Under the pieces are notes generated by a model that saw nothing but the letters and a program-made list of their open reading frames with translations, was not told the origin of the DNA and ran no database searches. 44,909 nt of DNA from an uncultured Nitrososphaeraceae archaeon (GTDB lineage Archaea; Thermoproteota; Nitrososphaeria; Nitrososphaerales; Nitrososphaeraceae). Position 1 is the first letter of the stretch, and each line of letters opens with the position of its first letter. Location: positions 1 through 44,909 of the forward strand of contig CAVSLF010000002.1 of the NCBI GenBank assembly GCA_963728595.1, written 5' to 3'. Positions 21,215-31,251 of the stretch are shown piece by piece. Made by a program: the position numbers and the translations under genes.

Positions 21215-21344
21215 GTTTGCCTTCAAATTTAGATTTCTTCCTTCTGTAGACAATAGCTACTCCAACCCTTACCGACTAACCTTTCTAACCAACGTCCAGT
21301 CAATATCAGCATAATCCGGGTGCCTGACAATCGAAACTCGTATT

Positions 21345-21660
21345 AGCATAATTTCTTATCCTTGGATAGCTTCACGCTTCAGAATAATGGAATCGATGTC
21401 CTTAGTCCAAATTCAAAACAAGTTGCTATAGATTTCATTAACGGTCTGGCGATATATGGCGTGTTCGTAGTGCCAGTTGGTCAGCTAGAGCGATGGCTTT
21501 TATATCTCAATGTAACGCCCGCAAAAGTAAATGGTTAGCCGCGATTTTAAAAGAGATTGAGATGACTGAAGTGCAATCTTATAAAGAAGACGTGTGGAAA
21601 TTTATACTCGATATCGATAGTTGGATTTCAAATCCTGAGCGACGTGGCATGATTGTTTAG
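21345..21660 (+). pseudogene. C-terminal remnant of an OLD-family-like ATP-dependent nuclease
   Basis: Across one frameshift reads GIDVLSPNSKQVAIDFINGLAIYGVFVVPVGQLERWL / KWLAAIL..DVWKFILDIDSWISNPERRGM*; no ATPase part upstream. Confidence 0.5.
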
Positions 21661-21892
21661 AATTAGTAGGAGATGCGAGTTTGCACATTAATATAATGCG
21701 GCTCTGGAAGTGTCTACTATGCAACCTTAGCGTAAGTTAAAATCTGACCTTTTGAATCCAAATAGCGTCTATCATGTCAGATGGTTGTTATGCTAGACAA
21801 GAATTATTAGCCAGTATCGTTAGAGTGTGTATTCATTATTGATAACTAGCTGAGGTAGTAAATCTTCATGTAGATACAGGAGGTAATTAACT

Positions 21893-22299
21893 TTGCAAAT
21901 CGCCGAGAGAACCACATATTGCAAAATTATTTGCGGCAACATAGGGAGATTTTACCAACTCTACCAGCCAAAGCAAACTTGATAGTAACCTCTCCACCTT
22001 ATGCAGATGCCCGCAAATCTCATTATGATGGTATTCATCCCGATTCTTATGCCGATTGGTTCCTCACATTTCACAAGTCCTTGTGGGCAGCATTAGCTCC
22101 TGATGGCAGTTTCGTACTGAACCTTAAAGAGAAAGTAGTAAATGGAACCAGGCACAGATTTGTATGGGAAACAATTATGAAATTCGTTACCGCAGAATGG
22201 AAATCAATTGATGATTATGTTTGGCATAAGACTAATCCTATGCCTGGCTATTGGCCAAACCCTCAAAGTGTTAAACATGAGGGAGTTAAAATCAGTTAA
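21893..22299 (+). pseudogene. Truncated beta-class N4C/N6A DNA methyltransferase (N-terminal third)
   Basis: LIVTSPPY catalytic motif, LAPDGSFVLNL, WHKTNPMPG; stops before the SAM-binding DPFxGSGT motif; GGAGGT RBS upstream. Confidence 0.85.
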
Positions 22300-22703
22300 C
22301 TATGCCTCCTCTGAACTATTAGAAAAGCAATGGACGACATACGACAGAACTTTCAAGTGTTACATTCAATGAAGTTCTCGGTGAGGAAGATTCGAGGGCT
22401 GTAGGGGATGATTCAGTCTTATTCATACAGCATCCAAATAACGCAAATCTGACTTATTAACGAAGGCACTAAGCATATTTAATCCCTATAGTTTAATATT
22501 GTTATGATTATCAGTCTGTCCATAGGCCTCTTTATTTAATTTGTTTGGGAGTTCTTTTGTACACATAGAACTGGGGTGGCTCTTTCCCATAATGTGTGAA
22601 GGATGTCCGATGAACGGGTGATGATTATTCTTCGTTGAAATATTTTAATCTTATAGTGATACGGCTCATTAGAATGGTCGTATGAGCAATCAAATACTTC
22701 CAT

Positions 22704-23942
22704 TTGTATTTATATATTTGTGGCTTTCAGACGATTATATTGAAGGGTTCACCTGGATTTATATTGCTAATTCTAATAGTTTTATCAAGTTTTTTTCCCA
22801 CTTTTTTTCTTGATGGAAAATCATATGAGACTTTAGCTCAACATCAAGCCATCTATTCTCCTACTGAAGGCGAATTGTTACTTTCTACTATATTCCTAAA
22901 CCAAGTAAAGGAGTTTTCGCCCGACATATCAATGGTAATAGGAATTATTAGTCCAAATGGAACGCAAGTATATAGTTATGGAAATATTTCTAAAGAGAAT
23001 AGTACAAATGTAAACGGGGATTCAATTTTTGAAATTGGCTCTATTACAAAGACATTCACTACAGCGCTTTTGGTTGATATGGTGAAGCAAGGATTAGTTG
23101 ACCTAGATGCCCCAATTGAAGAGTATCTTCCTGATAATGTTAAAGTACCAGCGTACAATGGACACTTCATTACGATTGAGAATTTAGCCACACATTCTTC
23201 GGGCCTACCAGACTTTCCTACAGGCTGGAAGAGAAACGTAAGTTATACTAATGAACAAGTATATAGTTTCCTTTCAAACACCACACTTCAGAGGGAACCA
23301 GGTGTGTTCGCTAATTATTCTGATTTTGGCATGGGTCTTTTAGGTCATATTTTAAGCATAAAGTCAGGTATCTCGTATGAAAACTTAGTTGAGGACAGGA
23401 TTCTAAGTGTGCTAGGAATGAATAGTACAGGAATGGCAATGAATAATACAGCTGTAATGTATCCTGACATATTCAATTCAAGATTGGCTAGGGGGCATAG
23501 TGGTGGCAAGGAGGTCGGACTTGAGTTCATTCCTGAAGCCCTTCAACCTGCAGGAGCGTTGTACTCGACTGCAAATGACTTGATGAAATATTTGTCTGCT
23601 AACCAGGGTTTAATTAAAACTAAAATAAATGATATACTAGAAGAAACCCATTTAATAAGAATTGAATATCAGCAACCACCAGCAACTAGGGCTACGGGCG
23701 AATTTTTTTCTCCCAACAAGACTATGGGCACAAGTTATGTTGGATTAGGATGGTTTATCGATACTAATCTAGGTGCTGAAATTATACAACATAGTGGTGA
23801 AATCGAAGGCTATAGTAGTTTCATTGGATTTAATCCAGACAGCCAAGTAGGATTCGTAGAATTATGTAGCTGTGATGGAACTGATTTTCCTATGGAAGCA
23901 AGAAAATCTCTAGCAGCATGGATAACCGCAACATTGAACTAA
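22704..23942 (+). CDS. Exported serine hydrolase, beta-lactamase/AmpC-like family
   Basis: FEIGSITK (SxxK), LATHSSGLP, YSD, PAGALYST, HSG motifs; signal/anchor helix. Confidence 0.9.
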   Translation: MYLYICGFQTIILKGSPGFILLILIVLSSFFPTFFLDGKSYETLAQHQAIYSPTEGELLLSTIFLNQVKEFSPDISMVIGIISPNGTQVYSYGNISKENSTNVNGDSIFEIGSITKTFTTALLVDMVKQGLVDLDAPIEEYLPDNVKVPAYNGHFITIENLATHSSGLPDFPTGWKRNVSYTNEQVYSFLSNTTLQREPGVFANYSDFGMGLLGHILSIKSGISYENLVEDRILSVLGMNSTGMAMNNTAVMYPDIFNSRLARGHSGGKEVGLEFIPEALQPAGALYSTANDLMKYLSANQGLIKTKINDILEETHLIRIEYQQPPATRATGEFFSPNKTMGTSYVGLGWFIDTNLGAEIIQHSGEIEGYSSFIGFNPDSQVGFVELCSCDGTDFPMEARKSLAAWITATLN

Positions 23943-23964
23943 AATTCTCAATGAAGTAATTCTG

Positions 23965-24061
23965 TTTGGCAGGTCTACAATTCAAGTTATCCTTATAACT
24001 GACGCAAAGGAATGTGATGTCTCCCGTTTTTAGTATACAATAATCTCGGCATGTCTTGTTT
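23965..24061 (+). repeat. Partial third copy of the GTCTAC/GTATAC non-coding element
   Basis: 23965-23998 is identical (34 bp) to the reverse complement of 41153-41186; similarity continues through TTTTAGTATACAA to CTTGTTT. Confidence 0.85.
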
Positions 24062-24209
24062 ATCCGCATTAGGCCGGAAATAATGTTAGAAACTACTTCG
24101 AACTGTCGCTTCCGAACAAACTCTATCTGAAATCAAGATGGATAATCTTTTTTATATTCGTGTGAAATCAAAGAGGTTCATGAAGGTATCTCCGATTGTG
24201 GGTGCAAGT

Positions 24210-24643
24210 ATCGGATTATTTGCAGATTTCCATGACAGCTACTCAGATGACAAATTCTACATCAAAAAGAATATTCATTTAAGCTAGAAAATTTGGTTAA
24301 AGGACTTCCCGTAAGAGAGAACGAGATTAATGGCATATTCTTGAGGGAAAATAAGGACGTTCTACTCTCTAAGGTAAAAGAAGAGAAATCAGGCCAAAAA
24401 ATCATTTTACATGAATTAGACAGAGAATTTTTATTTACATTCGCTCTTTCAAGTTTGTCTCGCTATAAAATAGTGGAATGGAGCAATCTTCTCAGAGGAT
24501 TAAAAAATGATTTCATTGTAGATGTGCAAAGATATATGCAGTCCATACAAGTGTTTTTTCCACTTATCATATGTAGTTACATCTTTGGCAAAAAACTTAT
24601 CCCCGAATTTTACCCTGCTGAAATATCTGACCTAGACATATAG
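24210..24643 (+). pseudogene. YaaC-like protein, C-terminal remnant; start approximate
   Basis: FLFTFALSSLSRYKIVEWSNLLRG matches the L-S-x-L-x-R-Y-x3-W pattern of YaaC-like proteins; 5' part disrupted. Confidence 0.5.
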
Positions 24644-24724
24644 GTACTTGAAGCGACCGGCCTGATGTTTATCGATATTTTCACTTCTCTACGCCGTCAA
24701 TGTCGGGTAACCAAATAATCTCCG

Positions 24725-25415
24725 TTAATCCAAGTTATATCCGTCAGTGATATTTTGGTTTAGTTTCTCCAACCTCGTTTGAGTTTTCTGTTCAAATTTT
24801 TTTAAGAGATGTTCATCTGCTTGGTAATCGTCTACATTATCAGGAATAAACCAAATTTGGGGTTTATTATTTGGACCCGCTAGATTGTCAACTCCGACAG
24901 TTAAATCCAATTCAAATCTTTGAATATATTTAATAATGAAATAGCCCAGTTCTCCGACCTCTTCCATATTCATGTGCTCATGCCAAATTTTCTTGAGGAA
25001 TACTAACCCATGTGATGAACCAGTACCAATTGCCCTGTACTTTGGAACGGGCTCTGGTATGCCGTTCGAATACATGTACTTCAGGATTGAGCTGGTGTCA
25101 GGACGTTTTATCCCAATTAATACATCAAGACCATATATACTAGAATATCTGTGACCTAAATCGTAGGTGATATCTGTTAATTTTAACATGAGTTTATCTA
25201 GAGTGGCACCGTTGGAGTCTATAATGTAATCTCTTATACGAGTTCTAAATATTTCAAAAGTACCCTCTTGAACCCGAATATCCAACTATAATACCACCCA
25301 AATCTCCAATCAACTTATCATCGTATTCATGCCATATTCCACCCTCGTATGTCACCATACGGTCAGCAATTAGTACTACTCCATCTTCGCATCTGGAGCC
25401 CAAGATATATGTCAT
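24725..25415 (-). CDS. Proteasome beta-subunit-like Ntn hydrolase (two compensating frameshifts at ~25290 and ~25265)
   Basis: N-terminus missed by the ORF track: MTYILGSRCEDGVVLIADRMVT...DDKL...VGYSG; later AIGTGS; matches the Thr1/Asp17/Lys33/Gly-Ser-Gly layout. Confidence 0.75.
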
Positions 25416-25707
25416 AGGCATTTTTTAAGATAATTGTTCCCGTATATGCTTATCTGGCAACATGTGACTGCAATACGGATTTAAAAAGAGCCTACTCAGC
25501 AGTTTTACGGTCCACTATATGTAGTATAATAGAAGATGTCTATAGGAATATCTGCGGTTCGAGTTCTAAGATAATGGGGAGTCAGATGCGTGCCTGACTG
25601 TCTAATCCTATACAGGTTTCAATCTCCCCCGCAGCAGTACATATAGCAAAAGTGTGCTGGATTGGCGCATATATTTGTCCATAGACAATAAGCATTACAT
25701 TTCTGGA

Positions 25708-26350
25708 CTAGGGGTAATCCTTTCTAATATCAGTTACAAACAATTTCATAAGGTCAAGAAACTTATTACATACAGAAATTACGTTATCAATTTTGAAATC
25801 GGTAAAGAACCATTCGACACTATAAGAGGGTTGTGGAATTGGTTTGTTTTCTCGTGCATGACTATTTTGTGATACCGATTTTTCGGGTTTCGTCGGTTCA
25901 CTTCTTGTCTTTAAATTTCCGTTCTTATCTCTTACTTCTATGCTCACACTGTCGGTAATGCTTATAGTTTCACTTAGCACTCGACTAAAGTTGGCTTGAA
26001 CCGGCACATCGGTCCTATGAATCTCTATATTTCTTTTACTCATTAATAGGCCTCCTACAGCATCATTGTATAATTTTCTTAATTCAATATCATCGTGGTC
26101 AATGAATTTTTCGGCCATTCGGTTGTGTTGATTTTTGGCCTCTCTCCTAAAGTCCTTCAGATATAATGTTTTAGTTAGAGGAATATTCAGACCCAATTTC
26201 GTGTTATAATCCTCTAAAAGGTAATCTGGAATACTTCTCGTAGACTGACATAAATGCACTCAGATTTGGAACAAAATCTCTTCTAGATACCGCTTGTTTA
26301 ATCTTTTCCAGAAAGTATTCGGCTTCTTCAGTCTTCTGTTCAGCTACCAC
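25708..26350 (-). CDS. HEPN-domain protein (putative RNase); +1 frameshift at ~26245
   Basis: Corrected N-terminus MVAEQKTEEAEYFLEKI..NLSAFMSSTRSIPDYL; R-x4-H motif RNIEIH. Confidence 0.65.
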
Positions 26351-26472
26351 GATATTGTATTGATACTATATGCTAATTAAGGCTGGCCTCTACCATTACC
26401 ATGTTGGTAGAATTAGCGATTTCAGAATGATAATGGAGATAGCCTTTAACGCTACGTGCCCAAACGGTAATT

Positions 26473-27361
26473 ATGGAAATTCGGGCTAGGTTTCGGCTCT
26501 CTGAAGATGTCATTATAGAAAATCTAAATGAGATAAGCAAGGCCCATGGAATAAGATTCACTAGAAATAAAGAGATAGAGTGGACTACGCTATCCAGAAT
26601 ACTTTCTAGCGAAAAAATAGACAGCAAATTGCGAGCCGAAATCAAGACCGGAAACGAGCCAGTGAATATCTTATTTGGTATGGTTGAGAGAGAGATAGAA
26701 ATATTCAACCGAACCCGAGCTATCAACGAAGTAGAGTTAGCAGTAAAAGCTAATACCCTTAGAGATGGCATAGAATTCGCGACAACAAGAGCGAAGTTGA
26801 TTTGTAATCTAATAACTTTGAAAACTTTAAAGCCAATTTTACCGATTTACACAGGATGTTCTATAATAGAAGCCGAAGACAAAACTCAAGTCATTGCAAA
26901 AGCAAGATTTAGAGTAATTGAAGAACTTAAGGTCGATTTGCATGAAGAGGGAAATATCAAACACCGAAGCCGGATTTGGAGAATCATTGGAGCATTATTC
27001 GAAAGGGCTTATAGCAAACAGAAATGATTTTAACCCAGCTCTGGCCATTAGGGAATTTCATCAAATAATCGAAGACCATAAGTCTGAAGAGTGTTTCAAA
27101 CACTTGGTAAAATATGGGCCTTTGCGGAATGTTTTAAGTCATGGAGAACCTATACACAAGTCTACATTGGAAAACCTAAGGAAATTATTTCCTGATGATA
27201 ACTTTGAATTTACTAAGAATAGGAAATTTGATTATAATTCTGAACAAAATACACAACATCTTAGTCACCACGTTAACTTTCTCGAAAGGGAACTCCAGAG
27301 TCTCCTAAGGCTTAACACACGCACTTCGCCAGAGTTCCCAGATGAGGCTCCGCTCGGATAG
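26473..27361 (+). CDS. Protein with C-terminal HEPN-like domain; +1 frameshift at ~26931
   Basis: ORFs 26473..27027 and 26918..27361 join on removing one base; LRNVLSHG is an R-x4-H motif. Confidence 0.55.
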
Positions 27362-27413
27362 AAAGAGCAGTTTCTAATAAAGCCAAAATGACAAGGGATT
27401 ACTCACGAAGCAG

Positions 27414-27650
27414 TCAGTAGGCAGTAAGATAAGGTAAAGAGTTGATATATCTGATTGTATTCGCTACTGTAGTTACGGCGCCCGATGAATCAACTTCTAA
27501 GGCTGCCTGTCCTCGATGAACTACCTTATTCCTCTTTTCATACACGTGGTTTTTCCAGTTATTGTACTCTGGCGTTCCAAAAAAATTAGTGCCTGTAAGT
27601 ATCCGTATGTGGTCACGAAGCAAGTTCTTAAAGCCCGTTTCAAAGATTCA
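27414..27650 (-). pseudogene. C-terminal HEPN fragment
   Basis: VYEKRNKVVHRG (R-x4-H) followed by the typical closing helix; no intact 5' part. Confidence 0.55.
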
Positions 27651-27850
27651 GATTTTGAAATACCTAATACAAATACCAATCGCAAGACCAACGGCGAACA
27701 AGCCAGGAGTGAAGACGAACCACATAGATAGTAATTTGGTGTCTTTATTAGTGGTACTACCTAGTGCAATACTATCGGTTGAATCTTCTACTGCAAACTT
27801 GATATAATGTTGGAAGCGGCTAACATTAATCGTCAGAATAAAATCTATTA

Positions 27851-28810
27851 CTAATGTTTTTGCTTGTGAGCCTTCAAGTTCTTAGAGTGAGCCCCTTCAT
27901 GTTTTTCATTGCCTTTGTCTTTTTTCTGATTGTTATCGTTATGCTTTTTTTCATGGTTATCGTGTTGTTCCTTGTTTTCGTCGTCTCCGGAATGACTCCT
28001 GGTATTACTATGCTCATTTCCATCGTCGTTCGCTTCGCTTGAACTGGTCCTGTCGTTTTTCACATCCTCGGAATGGCTATCATTTTGACTTTGCGAATCA
28101 TCATTCTTTGTGTTATCATTATTAGTACCATCACTATCGTCATTATTATCATTGTTATTATCATCCTTAGAATCATCATCATTATCATCGGGGCTATTAT
28201 TAGTTGATGAATCCTGCACGGGGCTCTCATCCCTAATAATCGGCTGAAAGATATCATGATAGAAACCATCGTACTGTGGAAGATAACCCAAATTATGATA
28301 TCCAAAAGTTATATTACTACTACTGCTGGGCAATGTGGGTGATACAGTATTATTTTTCAATCCTGTAATATTGATACTGTAGTACTTGCTAGTTATATTG
28401 TTAGGATTATCAAAGCATGTTATCTTGGAGGTCAGTTCGTTGATTCCGGGGGCGATAGTATGATATTTTTCAGTATACGTATATGTCCAATTTGAATAAT
28501 CATTTTCTCCGCTGAGGCCTTTAGCAGTCACATTCTTCATAGGTTTAAGGTCATTCCAATCTACGTACACCCTGCAATTTGTTTTACTAGTGTCTGAAGA
28601 TATTCCATAAATTGTAAGTGGTCCCGAGGGAACTGTAACACTGCCTGAGGGAGACATTATCTTTACTCCTATTTTATCAGAGCTGGGAACATTGGCAGGA
28701 CTTTCGACTTGCGCTCCAATCAAAACAGGAGTGGATATAACAGCCGAAAATAAAATTGCAAAAGTAAACAAGACTGTAATCACAATGTCAGGTCGTGTGG
28801 GACTTCTCAT
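27851..28810 (-). CDS. Secreted protein with an Ig-like domain and a D/N/H/K low-complexity tail
   Basis: Signal peptide; VKIMSP..LTIYGISSD..NW..GINELTSKITC; acidic then His/Lys-rich tail. Confidence 0.8.
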   Translation of the reverse strand: MRSPTRPDIVITVLFTFAILFSAVISTPVLIGAQVESPANVPSSDKIGVKIMSPSGSVTVPSGPLTIYGISSDTSKTNCRVYVDWNDLKPMKNVTAKGLSGENDYSNWTYTYTEKYHTIAPGINELTSKITCFDNPNNITSKYYSINITGLKNNTVSPTLPSSSSNITFGYHNLGYLPQYDGFYHDIFQPIIRDESPVQDSSTNNSPDDNDDDSKDDNNNDNNDDSDGTNNDNTKNDDSQSQNDSHSEDVKNDRTSSSEANDDGNEHSNTRSHSGDDENKEQHDNHEKKHNDNNQKKDKGNEKHEGAHSKNLKAHKQKH

Positions 28811-28987
28811 TGACAGTGTTTGGATTACTTAGTTTATAACAACTTTAGGCATAGAACGTACAAAAACAACGTAGGGGAAAAGAAAATTACACTTTCGCAG
28901 GGCCAGGTAATTACGACGAACTTGGAGTAGAACAAGAATAAGCAGTGAAAAAAAGAAAACAAATAAGGATTAGATTCGTATTACTAG

Positions 28988-29128
28988 ATGGTGCAAGCAG
29001 CCACATTTTCGTGCAATAGCTGTAAGATAAAATTTCAATTGATAGGTATATCTGCGAACAATAATCCAACTTATTGTCCATACTGTCGCAACAAGTCCAT
29101 CGAACGAGTTAACCTAATCTTTGGATAG
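28988..29128 (+). CDS. 46-aa Zn-ribbon protein (not in ORF track)
   Basis: MVQAATFSCNSCKIKFQLIGISANNNPTYCPYCRNKSIERVNLIFG*. Confidence 0.65.
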   Translation: MVQAATFSCNSCKIKFQLIGISANNNPTYCPYCRNKSIERVNLIFG

Positions 29129-29259
29129 AATGGATTTTCCGACAGGAGATAGAAAAGAATTTGATAGCATAATAAAAGCGAGCGGTGAACTTTCTTGTGA
29201 ATCATTTTTTCACTCGTCCCCTGCTACGTTTATTAGCACCGCATTTTATCTCTAGAGTA

Positions 29260-29373
29260 ATGTCTTCAGTCAGTCAATACCACTGTGATAAATGCGGTGA
29301 GGAATTTCCTAACTTGGCTGAATTAAACTATCATAAGATTAGTAAACACACTGGACAGCTCAGTGGCAGTTAA
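29260..29373 (+). CDS. 37-aa C2H2 Zn-finger protein
   Basis: MSSVSQYHCDKCGEEFPNLAELNYHKISKH, a canonical Y-x-C-x2-C-x3-F-x5-L-x2-H-x4-H. Confidence 0.75.
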   Translation: MSSVSQYHCDKCGEEFPNLAELNYHKISKHTGQLSGS

Positions 29374-29590
29374 TGTAAATTCGATTTATATCCTTGAGTC
29401 TTTATTAGCTCATTTTGCAATCAATTTGAAATTTTGACCCTCAAATTCATACACTTCAATATCTTCAGGATTTTCAGATTCAATATTCATTATTGGAATG
29501 AATATTCTTTTTACCCTATGATAAGCTGACGTACTCAACTTCAGTCTTCATTCTTCTTTACTATAATATTCATCGTCTCACTTAATACAA

Positions 29591-30328
29591 TTAGAGTCCA
29601 TAGGCATCGTTATTGTCAGCAGTTACTCCATTCAACTCATTTTCTGTCAGGGACACCCTTTTCATTTTACTATTATTATAAACTGACAGATTTAGTTTCG
29701 TTTCGTCAAATTCCTTCTTGGCACGAACTTCGATAAGTCTGGGAAATGTGGGAACTACCATTTTTTCTTCTTGAATACGCGAGGATATTATTAACAATAC
29801 ATCCTTTATTCGACGTAATGCTGATACAGTTTGAGATATTAAGCTTGCAAATTCGTTGGCGTGAATATATGGTTCCTGAATGAATTGGTCCAGTAAGCCA
29901 GAAATCACTATTACTGATGGTCTGTGAAGATGTACTCTTTTTGGCAAGTCGTAGAGTATAGTATGGGTCAGTTGATATATCGTAAACTGTCTGGTAACAA
30001 GTACCTTATTTAATACCGTGCGAGGATGCATTCGGTACTGTCTTCCAAAATCAACGCAAAGATAGGGATTTGATGAGTTATCAGCATCTATAACCATAAC
30101 CTTTTTCGCATCCATTCCACCGTGTCTGTGTGGCAACAATGACCTAACAATAAGTCTAGTTACCAAGGCATTCGTATATCTGGTCTCACCTACTATCCCG
30201 ATTATATCATCCAGATGCAATTGTAGTATTGAATCTAATTTATCAATGCCAAAAGTTAGTCGACGTCTATAATCTAATGCTGTCCTGAATTGCGGTACCT
30301 CTAGTGCGTGTTGAAATTGAGACTTCAA
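29591..30328 (-). CDS. Inactivated RadA/RecA-fold protein
   Basis: LTFGIDKLDSIL, VMVIDADNS, VTRQFTIYQL; P-loop degenerate (GETRYTN) and Walker B Asp lost (VIVISG). Confidence 0.75.
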   Translation of the reverse strand: MKSQFQHALEVPQFRTALDYRRRLTFGIDKLDSILQLHLDDIIGIVGETRYTNALVTRLIVRSLLPHRHGGMDAKKVMVIDADNSSNPYLCVDFGRQYRMHPRTVLNKVLVTRQFTIYQLTHTILYDLPKRVHLHRPSVIVISGLLDQFIQEPYIHANEFASLISQTVSALRRIKDVLLIISSRIQEEKMVVPTFPRLIEVRAKKEFDETKLNLSVYNNSKMKRVSLTENELNGVTADNNDAYGL

Positions 30329-30371
30329 ATTGGTTCGTTATGATTCATGGTTCAGGCAATAATTCTACTTG

Positions 30372-30584
30372 TTACCATTTGGTATACAGACAAAAATTGC
30401 AGTCGTCACAGCTGTAATAAGGTGTTTCAGAAACAGAATACAAGGCCATAGTGTTTTGGCATGATGGACATTCGATTTCGGTTTCTAATTCACTGTTATC
30501 TGTCTCTTCATGAATTGTTTCAGTGACCTTGAAATCGAATTGTGGTCTCTGAAGTTGCTGACCGCTTTTTTGCTTCTTTGTCAT
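30372..30584 (-). CDS. Zn-ribbon protein
   Basis: ECPSC...YSCDDCNF; directly upstream of the inactive RadA-like gene. Confidence 0.75.
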   Translation of the reverse strand: MTKKQKSGQQLQRPQFDFKVTETIHEETDNSELETEIECPSCQNTMALYSVSETPYYSCDDCNFCLYTKW

Positions 30585-30915
30585 TATTAGCGATGCTGAC
30601 TTACAGGATTTAAAACATGGAACACTGTAGTATGAGGGAGGGAGTAGGCCTAATCAATTCTTTTACAGTCATACTTAGTTTGGACAGTTTTAGCTCCCCC
30701 TAACTGACAATTCTCGAAAATAATAGCTTAATTACCTCGAAACGACAATTATTATAATAACCACCACGTTTGGAGATGCTTAGCCAAGGCTACGTACAAA
30801 ATTATGTCAGACGTAAAAGCTGAAATTAACAGTTGATGGAAAGTTATTTCATCTGAATTAATGATAGCACTAGGCAAAAACACAATCTTTTCAGCTCTGC
30901 TTTCGATAACCCTTT

Positions 30916-30951
30916 AGATTGTAATAGTTTAACACCTTTGAACTAATTTAC
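30916..30951 (+). repeat. 36-bp direct repeat, copy 1 (copy 2 at 38584-38619)
   Basis: agattgtaatagtttaacacctttgaactaatttac versus agattgtaatagtttaacactcttgaactgatttac (33/36). Confidence 0.8.
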
Positions 30952-31251
30952 GAGTGATTCTATTAACTAGTTGAGACTATATCGTTTCTCCAAGGACAGA
31001 TAGAGACAAACTATTGCCAAGAAGTCCCCATCAGGTCCTTGAAGATATTATATTATAACAATTAAAATTAATTAAAGTTAAACTGGTGAGCCATGTCTGG
31101 AACAACTGGAAGGATTTCGACTCACCAGTTACATGACGACGTTATAGTATTATACGCTAAGGTCTCTTTTAAGGATTAAAGTAGAATTTTCCTGATTCTT
31201 GCAGTGAAAATATTCTGACCTAAAGGATTTAGTGAGTAAGTGAAGTAAGAA

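Noticed and set aside
22704..23942. Antibiotic-resistance beta-lactamase
   Set aside because: The motifs only place it in the broad serine hydrolase family common in Nitrososphaeraceae; no evidence for a beta-lactam substrate
25551..25640. tRNA-like words (GGTTCGAG, GGTTTCAATC) as a possible tRNA or att remnant; GTTTCAAT as a CRISPR repeat end
   Set aside because: No cloverleaf or paired T-stem can be built; the motif is single, with no repeat-spacer periodicity and no cas genes
27854..28305. Hydrophobic or Met/Ile-rich ORFs overlapping 27851..28810
   Set aside because: Shadow frames of the GAT/AAT low-complexity tail
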